This document shows, piece by piece, positions 27,926-39,760 of a DNA stretch of 64,000 bases; positions within the stretch are counted from its first letter, which is position 1; every line of letters starts with the position of its first letter. Source of the stretch: Callorhinchus milii (Eukaryota); assembly GCF_018977255.1 (NCBI RefSeq), contig NW_024704743.1, forward strand, positions 47,370,001 through 47,434,000. The letters run 5' to 3'. The translations under genes were made by a program, and so were the position numbers. The notes below the pieces were generated by a model. The model was not told the origin of the DNA and ran no database searches. It worked only from the letters and a program-made list of their open reading frames with translations.

Positions 27926-30538
27926 GGAAGTCAATCAGCACAGGTGCTTTATCCACAGTTTCATGTTTGTGGGTGAGAGGGGGAGGGGGAAAGAGGCAGC
28001 AGAGACTCTGTCCTGACTGGTACAAGCGGCAAACTGTAGTTCGCAAAACCACCGTTGAAAACATGCAGACAGTCAGACATTTTGCTCTGACTTGTACTAC
28101 ACCCTTCTGCAAAAGTATCAAAAACAATTATCAACTCTTTTTATAAAAATATATAGTGAGTTGTGAGTCACTGCTGCAAGGAAAAAAACCTAGGCTGCTA
28201 AACTTCCTTCTGTTTCACACGCCAGCATTCTCCTACTGCCACAAATAACACCCACTGTGCCCCAACCACTATCGCTCCCTCTCTCACACGCACACACACA
28301 CACACATTGTGGGCATTTGCCCACAAAACACACAGTCACACCTGTGAGTGCTTTGGGAAGTTCCCCTGACATGAAGGATGTTATACTAAATGCAAGGTTT
28401 TTCACACACACACATACACACACTGCAAACTAAACACAGTTCATTCTATTTTTGTAGAAATCACAAAGTAGGAAACAAACTCCAATAACATCTAAAGAAA
28501 ACTAACTGTATAATTGAATATTTGACTGGAATGAGGATGTTTATTACATAAAAGAGGCAGCCCCGCCATAACTCATTCATGTTTTTGTTACTTGTGAATT
28601 ATAAAACCAGTCTCCCTCATCTCACTTATCTGATGTTAACAGCATCTGTTCCATTCCCACCAAGTCCTGCAACTCTCACTTCTGAGATGTTTCTGTTTCC
28701 GACACACACTTTCCAATCATAATCTTGAGAACAATTTTACATTTTTATGGAGTCTGAGTGTTACAAAACGCTAATCTGTGTGAAGGGCGCTATATAAATG
28801 CAAATTGTTAATGCTGTTGTTGAGATAAGAAAAATATATTTGGTCAACCCAAATTTGATTTAACAGATATGTTTTGAGTGAGATCCATTAAGTTGGGTTT
28901 AAAAAGTGCAGCTTTTAATGCAGGTTACCTGTAAAGGGAAGCACAACTTCACTTGTTCAAACGGGTCTGTGATCTGCTTTGCTCTTTTTAACCTAAAATC
29001 ATACTCTTAAAATTCCCTGGATCTTGACTGCTCTGAGTTTAAGCAAATACTCTGTGCTGAATGCAGGCGATCACATCAACAACAACAAGATTACATTTGT
29101 AATGTAGCACAAATGTGAAGCGCCCTTCACATGGTGTAACGTCCCAGAGTGCTTGCGGTCTTCATCAGAAGGTCTTTTACTGTGAAATGTTTAAAGATTT
29201 AATTTAATAAGGTAATCTGCAAAGATTTTGACTCCTGGTCTCCTGAGATGCACAAGCCTCTGAAGGGTTCACATGGCAAGCACGGTAATTTTCTCTCTTT
29301 TGTCTAGTCTAGTAAATAAAAATCACAAACCAGGCTTTCTTTTGGTCTGAAGCACATCAGAGAAAACAACCCACTCTGCTCATCACGTAGACAGCTTGAT
29401 TGTAAAAGCTTTCAGCTTTTTATTGAACTTATTCAATCTTTGGCATGAATTTCAACAACAGTTTTGAATAGTTATCGTTTCCCCCCCCCCACCCCAGATC
29501 CAATAAATGGCTCTAAAGAATTTAAACTGATGGTTTAACAGTACTCAGTGGAATTCTTTTGTGTTTGAGGTGATAGGAATATGATGAAAAATGTCATAAT
29601 TTCACTCTGTTCTTTAGAAAACCTGACAGGTCTGCATTTATTTGTTTTTTTCATCATGGGGCCTATACTATCAAATGTGTCCATAAAATAAAGAAATGCC
29701 TTGAAAACTTACTTTGGCAAAGGTAATAAAAAATACTGGCATGTTAACTGTGGTGTATTTAAAATAAAAGGCAATACTTTAAAGCTATTTGGAATCGTGC
29801 TAAAGTTGATTGCGTGGCCAGCAGCAAATATTGATGCGATGCTGCATTAGTGGCAGAAATGAAGTTAATGTATATGTGTTGGTGGTCTGACTGTGTAAGA
29901 AATGGGATCCCCAGAGCAGGCCTCACTGTGGACTGGCACTAATTCAGTATCGGGTTTGTTTTTCAAGCCAGCGAATGTAGGTTGACAGAATAAATACTTT
30001 AACTTTGACTAAATATAAACAGATTTTCCTGGATGCATCCTACGCATTTGGTTAAATTTTGCACTGTTTAATAAACATAATTGATGCCATTTAATGATAG
30101 TCAGACCTATTATAAAGGTTAATTAAATCTAAAAGTATTTAAATCAATATCAGTAGTGAACTTTTATTAATGGGTACCTTTCTAATAAATTTCATTCACA
30201 AAAAGATAACCAACTATGTGCACTATTTACAATATTTAACAGGATTTCTTAATGAAGAATCCTTTTAGAATTCCCACTCCTGGTTTAATAAGATGCACAA
30301 GTAATATGCAGCAAGTTGTAGCTGCTGCGAGGAGTAAAACCTAAGCTGCAAGGAATTAAAAACTAACAAGCAGGAACTCCACTTTCAAAGTTGATTGGAT
30401 TAGAGTTCCCGAGGGTTGGCATGATATACTTCTGGCCACAGGAAGGAGTCTCCATTTTCACCATTATTAAGGAATCCCACTAAGAAACACTGCAATATAT
30501 CATGTGATAATTCTTAACTATTAATTGTCAAAAAGCAG

Positions 30539-30858
30539 TAATAATAATAATAATAATCCTTGCATTTGATATAGCGCTTTTCACGTCGGGAGGACATCCC
30601 AAAGCGCTTCACAGAACACACTGTAAAGTGAATTGACTGTATATTTGTGGGTGAACGCGGCAGCCAATTGCGCACAGCAATGTTCCACAAACAGTCGTGG
30701 ATTGAAAATGACCAATTTATTATTGTTTTTGGTTTTGGAGGGATTATTATTAGGCGTGTGCAGTAAGGAAACTTGCCCAAGGTTTCACCCTGCCTGGAAT
30801 TGAACTCAGGTCTCTCGCTTGCAAAGCAAGGGCTCTAACCCCTGCAGCTACAGGACTC
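30539..30858 (-). mobile_element. tRNA-Ala-headed SINE (young copy)
   Basis: Reverse complement of the 31310, 43215 and 57101 copies with few differences. Confidence 0.92.
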
Positions 30859-31309
30859 AGATTATTGTGACCGTGGATCCAAATATCCTTCCTTCCTCTC
30901 TGAAGCACAACAATGATAAACTACAGTACATGGGAATGGTTTATAATTTGAACCCTTTCTACCTGCAGATTTATTACTTAATTTCAAGAATAAACAGACA
31001 ACCCTGACTGATCTGTGGCATCTTCTAACTTGTGAAAGAATTCTTGTAACTCAAAATGCCTAGTGCAATACCCTTTTTCTGCAAATAATCAATATACATT
31101 AGTGTGAACAAAGGCTTCCAAAAAGGATTTTCTGCTTCCTCATAAATACGCTTTCTGCATATAAAATAAAATAAAGTAGTAGGAATTGTACACTCAAACT
31201 AATGAAATTAAAGCCACGTTCTGATGTTTTTAATAATTCACTGAGTATTATATTGTGAGTTAAGAATTATTCCATGGTTTTGTCAGGTTTTGCTTTTCAT
31301 TGCTTTTGT

Positions 31310-31625
31310 GGAGTCCTGTAGCTCAGTGGTTAGAGCACTCGCTTTGCAAGTGAGAGACCTGAGTTCAATTCCAGGCAGGGCGAAACCTTGGGCAAGTTTC
31401 CTTACTCCACACAGAGCCTAATAATAATCCCTCCAAAACAAAACAATAATAAATTGGTCATTTCAATCTACGACTGTTTGTGGGACATTGCTGTGCGCAA
31501 TTGGCTGCCGCGTTCGCCCACAAATATACAGTCAATTCACTTTACAGTGTGTTCTGTGAAGCGCTTTGGGACGTCCTCCCGACGTGAAAAGCGCTATATC
31601 AAATGCAAGGATTATTATTATTATT
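31310..31625 (+). mobile_element. tRNA-Ala-headed SINE (young copy)
   Basis: A box TAGCTCAGTGG, B box GAGTTCAATTCC, L2-like stem-loop tail and (ATT)n. Confidence 0.92.
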
Positions 31626-34319
31626 TAGTTTGTAGACAATATTCTGCAGTTTGGTAAACTCTGATTGAGTCAAAAGCCAATTTATCCTACAATATTACAG
31701 TGCCATTACATTTCTTACAAATTTACAACAGTTCTCAATTAAAATTCAAGGCATGAACTGCATGGAAGTGCATTCTAACAGCACTGATAGCTTAGTTGGT
31801 AAATGTGCTTTGTGGAGATATGGTACTGAGCCACAAACATTAGAAATGTCACATGTTCAGTATAATAATCCTTGCATTTGATATAGCACCTTATCGCATC
31901 ATTGAGACATCTCAAAGAGCTTCGCAGAATATACTGGAAAGTGAATTGACTGTATATTTTGTGAGTGAAATGCGGCAGCAGTGTCTTTTACCTTCGCTCA
32001 ATTAACTGGGTGTAGCAATGGGAGACGACAACCGTTAGCCTCAATCTCTGGGCTAAAGAGGGAAAAATCTCAATGAGGGTTTCGCTCCCAATCACTATCC
32101 AGTGATCCCTTTGTGTTGTTTGGTGATGACATCACTTGGGCGAGGTCTCACATACTGTCTGTGGAATTATACACCAGCATGAATCTATGCCTTCAGTGAA
32201 TGAAGGCTGAGAGCAGAAAGCTTTAAGGTCAAAAGCAAAATAAAACTAAGTAAAAAGAGTATTCTTACTTTCAAACTTCTGACTAGAAATTATTTCTGAA
32301 GCAAGAGAGATCTGAACACAATTGCTATAAGCAGTCTAACTAAAATCCCAGTGTTCTCCAGACTTGGCACTCTAGTCAGTAACAATGATGCATTTCACCC
32401 ATGTTTTGGTTCAGTGTACACATGCAGTGTAAATATGGAGTAGACTGGGGTTTATTCAACTCAATTGGACTCAAAAGACTTGGCAGAGCAATACAAATAG
32501 GAAACTTCCCAATTCCACATTGGATTAGTAGTCGTACGTACAAGGGGCATCAAACCCTGGTTGGTTCGTGAACTGCATTAGAGGTTTATTAAGAGAGGAA
32601 ATTCCAGTGGCATGTTTGGTGGCATAGCACTGCTAAAACCTGTTAATAGGTCTACAAAAAATAATTAAAACTAAAAGAAGAAATTTAAAATTACATTGCA
32701 GAAGTTTGTAGCGCAGTAAATGTTGAGGTGTTATCAGAGCAAACTTTCCCCAGTCAGCACTGAGTCCGTGCTGCCTGTGGAACATTTGAGGCAAGAAGTT
32801 TCTTCCCTTGTCAGAAACTGAAACAAACCAACCTACACTCATAAGAACATAAGAATTGCTAGATGATAGAAGGTCCATCTAGCTCGTCTTCCACCATCCT
32901 GGCAGTGTAAACACACTCCAATAAAAACCAAAAGTGATCCTCCAACATTTTAAAATGATATGATACTGTGGATATATTAAATGGTTTATATTTACTAGCT
33001 CTGGTGAAGTGATCGATGCGCTCTCCCCCTCCTCCCATTCCTAAATATCAGCTTCACGCCAAACTCTTATAAATCCTCCACACAGTGACAGCACTTTGGT
33101 ACACAGCTCACTGCAGATAGCCTGAGCTGCATCAAACATCATTTACTCTCCCAACCATGTTTGAGGAATGTTAAAGGAAACCTAATTCAGAAGAATCAAA
33201 ACCACACTCCTGTGTGTCAATGAAACAATTCCAAATTTGGATCAAGTCTAACTCTCGATTCCTGATGTAACTAGAGCTATAGAATTACATCTCATAGTTT
33301 ATCACTTTCCTTCACTGGAGGATTTTTCTTTGTTCCAAGGGATTGGAATGAAACAGAGATACGTCAGAGATACTAAAAGATTAAACGTGGCATTGTGGTG
33401 GAGTTTGTATCCGAGACAGACAGAATCAGTTGTTATGGGCTCTGATTACAGCACATCATGACATTAATCAGATAAGGCAGCAGTCAATGCTCCACGTGCT
33501 GCTAACAATGCTATCTCCATTGTTTATCCTCCCTTGAAAACTTAAACCGTCTGGGTTGCCATCATTCAGTGACATGCTCAGAGTGCCAACTGTGATTCAG
33601 AACAATTCAGAGTAGTTCAATTCTTTATTATACCTCAGAAATTTAAAAGGTTCACTGAGATTTTAGGTAGCTAACAACACATTTTTAGTCAAGTGAATGG
33701 TTTGATAGTAACTTTCTATCTAAAATTAGCTCATTCACTACATACCATACAGTCTTGTGTTGTCAATTGCTGGAGCGTACACCTACACTTATTAACCTGG
33801 CCTTATTTGGAGGGAAGAAATATCCCATGGGAACGAATCCAATTTTATTTTTAAAAAGTGATTAAGACCTCTTTTGTATATAGGGCAGGAAACATTTGTG
33901 TTAAAGATGAGAATTTGAGGATGTTTTAATGGATGCCATATTAAGATTTCACAAAAGATGTACTGCAAATTGAGGGAGTCTCAGAACTTTTTTAAAAAAT
34001 TACTTAGAAAGACTGACTAATTCATATTGTTTATTTCCATCTATTTTTGACCAGTTTTGAAGATTTTTTNATTTTAACAGTGAATGCTGATAAATTACAC
34101 AATAAAATAGTCACTGAACGCAACAGCAAGTAACTGGATTAACATTAATTTTTAGCCACTCGCAGTTTGGCTCAATGACTCCTTTATGTCATTCATCAGA
34201 AGAACGTTAGGAATGATTCAGCAACACATTAACTTCCTCATTCTCATTAATTGTTCTGAACTCATATCTCCAAATCTGCAAGCGCTCAACACTAAACAAT
34301 TACTTCTACCCTTGGGTTG

Positions 34320-34955
34320 CGGAGACCGTGTTCCATGTTTTTATCACATCCAGGCGAGACTACGTCTCTGCTCGACAGACTTCCCAACTCTTCTCTCCAC
34401 AAGCTGCAGACCATTCAGAACTCTACCGCACTAGGCTCCATGAGTCTATCAACCCCATCCTTGTCCAGCTCCACTGGCTCCTCAACCCCAGACTACAGAT
34501 GGCCATCATGCAGTTTGCGTGGCCATTCTACCCACGGACCGGAATATCGAGTTCAAGATTATCATCCTCACTTTTGAATCCCTCCTTAGTCTTGCCCCAG
34601 CCTACCTCTGTGACCTTCTGAAACCCTACTAGCCCACCTGCTCCCTCTGCTCAGCAGATACTGGTCTATTTCACACACCCTGGCCTGCACGCCCCACTTT
34701 TAGCAGTCAAGCCTTTAGCCTTTGTTCCCCCACTCTCTGAAACTCCATCCTGGAGACCCCTCACCTCACCCCTTCTCTCGTCTCCTTCGAAGTCCATCTC
34801 AAGACCTTCCTCTTTGACTGTGCCTTCAATCATCTTCCTCCCTCACCCACCTCGAAGTCAATCCCCAGCTAGGGTGCAAACCCTCGACTGTCCAGCAATT
34901 TGGAACATCCTCTGATGTGAAAGGCAATATATAAATGCAATTTGTTGTTGGTGTT
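34320..34955 (+). mobile_element. L2 LINE 3' fragment (a second decayed L2 lies on the minus strand at ~35010-35400)
   Basis: HVFITSRRDY and ILVQLHWL motifs; tail ...ataaatgcaatttgttgttg. Confidence 0.85.
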
Positions 34956-36050
34956 AGTTTTCACATAGGCTAATGTATTGCAGAACTTCACAGCGTAAAT
35001 GAGCAAGGTGGGAAGAAAAAGTAGGAGGAATGGACCAGAGGCAAAGTCAAAGCAGGTTTTGAAGACAGAGAGTGACATTGTGAGATGGAGAAATTTTCAA
35101 ACGGAGTTCCAAAGAATGGGGCATAGTGATTGAAAGCTTGATTGCCAAAGGTGGAAGGGACAAGGGCTGTGCAGAAGGAAGCGCAGTTTGGAGAGTGGAA
35201 GGAACGGACAGAACAGTCTGGAGGCCAGATAGAACAGGCATGTGGCGGTATTTGAAAATCAGAATAAAGATCCTGAAGTTGATCCACTGGGAGAAAGGGA
35301 GAAAGACTAGTGTAGAGAGCATTCGAGAAGTTAAGAAGTGACAAAGATGTGATTGAGGCAATACTGGGGAGAGGAAGGGATGGAAATAAGTGATATTCTG
35401 GAGGTAGAGAAAAGTTCTCCTCTGTGTCATGAATGGGGAATTCTGCCACAAACCATTATTTCATCATTGATGTCATGGGGTACAATGTCACGTGGTCTTG
35501 TTCAAATAAAAAATTGAGAAAAGGGTAGATAACAATATGGTATGGCTACACATTAACTCAGTGAGGTTTTGCTTAAAGAATGAATGATTCACTCCAAATA
35601 AAAAGTAGTTTAAAGTTCAATAAAATAGAGAGAACCAAACAAAGCAATCTTAACATGATTCATCGTTCTTCATAACTATTTCTTTTTTAAATGAGGATCT
35701 ACTATAAAACAGCTCAAAAAACCAACAGTTACTGCAGGTTTATCATTAGCTGAGATGCTCTGAACATGCCGAAGAATCAAAATAGATGCATTTCCCTTCC
35801 GTTGTGCTTCAGGTTATCAGATAATTCTGAGAATGTTAGTGAACTTGGTGAGATATCTCACCTTAGTGCTCAGCGTTTGCTCAAAAAGGATATTGGTGTA
35901 AAAGTGGTTGATATATATAAGAGATTAACCATAGGGCAGTGCATGTATTTTTAACAACTATTTTTATGAGAGCATAAGTCCAATGTGTGTGTTTGTGGTT
36001 TTTTTTTACAAAATGGGAGTTCTATTTGTCTGCCCTAATTTCTTCCCCAG

Positions 36051-36850
36051 TGACATCACGAACGGGGGCGTTCTCCCCCGTGACATCACGAACGGGGGCG
36101 TTCTCCCCCGTGACATCACGAACGGGGGCGTTCTCCCCCGTGACATCACGAACGGGGGCGTTCTCCTCTGTGACATCATGAACGGGGTCGTTCTCCCCCG
36201 TGACATCACGAACGGGGGCGTTCTCCCCCGTGACATCACGAACGGGGGCGTTCTCCCCCGTGACATCACGAACAGGGGCGTTCTCCCCCGTGACATCACG
36301 AACGGGGGCGTTCTCCCCCGTGACATCACGAACGGGGGCGTTCTCCCCCGTGACATCACCAACAGGGGCGTTCTCCCCCGTGACATCACGAACAGGGGCG
36401 TTCTCCCCCGTGACATCACGAACGGGGGCGTTCTCCCCCGTGACATCACGAACGGGGGCGTTCTCCCCCGTGACATCACGAACGGGGGCGTTCTCCCCCG
36501 TGACATCACGAACAGGGGCGTTCTCCCCCGTGACATCACGAACAGGGGCATTCTCCCCCGTGACATCACGAACAGGGGTGTTCTCCCCCGTGACATAACG
36601 CATGGGGGCGTTCTCCCCTGTGACATCACGCATGGGGGCGTTCTCCCCTGTGACATCACGCTTGGGGGCGTTCTCCCCTGTGACATCACGCATAGGGGCG
36701 TTCTCCCCTGTGACATCACGCATGGGGGCGTTCTCCCCTGTGACATCACGCATGGGGGCGTTCTCCCCTGTGACATCACGCATGGGGGCATTCTCCTCTG
36801 TGACATCACAAATAGGTGGGGTCTCCCCCATGACATCATGAATGGAGCAT
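36051..36850. repeat. 30-bp minisatellite, ~27 units, consensus TGACATCACGAACGGGGGCGTTCTCCCCCG
   Basis: Exact 30-nt period is visible directly. TGACATCA recurs at 36051+30n through 36831, with one variant TGACATAA at 36591. Confidence 0.99.
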
Positions 36851-39229
36851 TCCTCCACAACCCCTCATTTCACTGGTGATGTCACGCGGTGGACCGTCAC
36901 GTCACATGACGGTGAAATCTCGTTAAAAGAGGATAATTTTAAAAGAACGTGAAGAGCAAAAATGAAACTCAAGTCCTTAGTGAATTAACATCCCTTTCCT
37001 TTCTAACTACAAGTTATTTGATTTGTAAATAAATTCTCAGAAAACTGTATCTTATCTGATTGTAAAAATATTTTTTGAGTTTTTAAATCAATCCAGATTT
37101 TATTAATGCTTGGTCTCAGAAGACTGACAAAATACTTCAGATGAACGTCTGTTTTCAATAGGAACCATAGCTTAAAGGGATCACTAAAAATACAAACATC
37201 TGGTTTCAGTCAAACAGATGTGGCATTAACAATATACAATTTTATTCCATACCCATGTTGGGTAATTGTGCCGGATAACCTATTGCAGAGTGTTGTACCA
37301 TAGGCCTTTCATAGCGCATAGGTAAAAGGTCACATACTGAACTACATGACCCTCTTGCACCAGATCAACAACATACCACCCATTAACAAAAATATTTTTT
37401 NCAATACCAACTGTGCCATTAATGACTCCAATAATTGTTCTTAATACTGGCAAAATGGGAAATGCAATTAATTTTTTTTATTTACAGTGCTTATTCTTGC
37501 CACTGAGTGTTTTCCAGTTATATCTACAAATATCAACTCCTGCACAGGTTAATCCCCAGTCATATCATGTTTAAAAATTGGAAACATTACTCATTCAATA
37601 ATAAAACTGAAATACAAAGCACACATTTCTACATGTCTTAAAGTTAGTTATCTGCAGAAGTGAGTTACCAGGTTTTCTTTCGCAAATCAGCAACCATAAA
37701 ATAAGGCAATAACTTGCACAGTAATTTATAATTGGGTTTGGATTTTTAAAGTCTATTGAAAGTACTTAAATAAGAAATTGAGAAAAATAACACCTGCAAA
37801 TATTTCCTTACAGGAAGAAATTCCTCACCTTAAATATAATACCTGGATCCACTTCCTCATTAACTCAGCACCCTATGCAATTGGGAGGAGATAGATGGTT
37901 CCATTAGGTTTGGTGGGTATGAGAGTGACTCCAAGAGCTGGTGATTATACAACAATATTTGGCAAAATCCAACAATACAATAATAATTTCCCTGGGTCAG
38001 GTAGTTCATAGGCAACTCCAAGGCCAGTGCAAAGCACCCACCCTTATTATGTAATGACATTTTTCTATAATGTATGTCACAGAATGGTCTATACCAGGAC
38101 AAGGTGCAAATATCAAAATACTAAAGCAAAGATTTCTCACTGCAGGGAAAGAATCGAGTGATAAGAATGTTATTTTTCTATGTTACTTGAATAAAATTAT
38201 TAATTAATTACTTATCTGTAAAACAAACTTAAGGTTAAATTTGCTCCAATTCACAGTATTAAATGATATACCGTAGAGACAAGGCCCTGGTAGATGATTA
38301 CAACAATAACGACTTGCATTCATATTGTATAATTCCCATAGAATAACATCTTGGAGTGTTTCATAGTACCCGGGGATGGATGCTGAGTAGAGGAGAAGGG
38401 AGAGGAGGGAAATGGGTGGTAACTATAGTCAAAAAGGTAGGTTTTAAGGCAGACATGAAGACAGTTAGAGGAGGAGATGAGACGAAGGGGTTGAGTGAGG
38501 GCGTTCCAGAAGTTAGGGGCATAGAATTGGGAAGCTCAGCGTGGTGCAGTCGGTTGGTGCAACAAGTCAATCAGCCGAGGGGAAGAGGCCAGCAGATTAA
38601 AATGGCAGATAATAATAATACTTACATTTGGTATAGCACCTTTCACGTAGGGAGGAAATCCCAAAGCCCTCCAGAGGATATATTGTAAAGTGATGTGAAT
38701 TTGTGTGTTTTGTGAGTGAATGCAGCAGCTATTTTCTGCACAATGTCCCACAAACAGCCATGAAGTGAATGACCAATTTTATTTGGGGGACTGAGGACCA
38801 GGAGAGCAATGTCCCACACAAATCTTTCTCATGTTATTTCATGCATTTCTTTAAATATTTAAAATCACCCTGATTAGCATGCACCCAGCAGCTTCACATA
38901 TACGACACAGGAATTTCCTTGTGCAGGTGGAATACACATGTGAAACTCTGATTTGGATTGTCTTGAGTATTGTGATGGGTTTTCCGCATGCTTTGGGACA
39001 AAGACGTGATAAGGCACTATATCAAATGCAAGGATATTATTATTGTCAGACACCTGACTGACCCCAAAAAATCTATGAAGGGCAGAAAATTGAAAGAAAT
39101 TAGTTAAAGATGAGATCTAAAGATGAAATCGAGAGAATATGCTCAGCCGCCTCTGCCCTTCCAACTGCTACTCCCTCCCCATCTCCCCCTCACACTCTGG
39201 CCCCTACCCATCCTTCCTGCCATACCTTC

Positions 39230-39760
39230 CTGCTTGTTGGCCTTCCCAACTCTTTTCTGCACAAGCTGCAGATCATCCAGAACTCTGCAGCTCGTGTCCT
39301 CACCTGCAACAGGCTCTGTGACCCCATCACCCCCACACTCGCCTGGCTCCACTAGCTCCCCATCCCCCAGAGCACCTTCAAGGCCCTCCACAGCCTTGCC
39401 CCTGCCTACTGTGACTTGCTAACCCCCTATCAACCCCTCCGCCCTCTCCGCTCAGCAGGCTCCAATCTGCTCCACATCCCTCGCCCGGCCCATCCCACCA
39501 TCGCCGGTTGTGCCTTCAGCCTCTTGCCCGCACCCTTTGGAACTTCATCCCACATTCTCTTTGCCTCGCTCCCTCCCTTGCCTCCTTATAGGCACGTTAC
39601 AAGACCCTCCTCTTCGACAGCGCCTTCGGCCACCCTCCTACCCTCCCTGCCCTCCACCTTCCCTGATCCCAACCCCCGTTTGGCTCAAATTCCCTGACTG
39701 TTCAGCGCCTTGGGATGTCGTGCCAATATGAAAGGCACTATTCAAATGTAATTTTGTAAT
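39230..39760 (+). mobile_element. L2 LINE 3' fragment
   Basis: LHKLQIIQNSAARVLT...PITPTLAWLH followed by the tail. Confidence 0.88.

Noticed and set aside
31388..31657. Recurrent ~90-aa ORF MGKFPYST...KRYIKCKDYYY (also at 27340, 30514, 43292)
   Set aside because: It is the SINE body read from a TTG codon. Recurrence reflects young copy identity, not protein conservation.
36051..36850. CRISPR-like appearance of a 30-bp palindromic repeat
   Set aside because: Units are head-to-tail with no unique spacers, there are no cas genes, and the context is a vertebrate intron.
35983..36879. 298-, 284- and 278-aa repetitive ORFs (e.g. (PRDITNGGVL)n) on both strands
   Set aside because: They are a by-product of a 30-bp unit that lacks stops in most frames. 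Several frames are open at once, the variants follow CpG decay rather than codon constraint, and there is no splice context.
34070..37401. Single 'n' bases at 34070 and 37401
   Set aside because: These are assembly ambiguities at the ends of T homopolymers, not biology.
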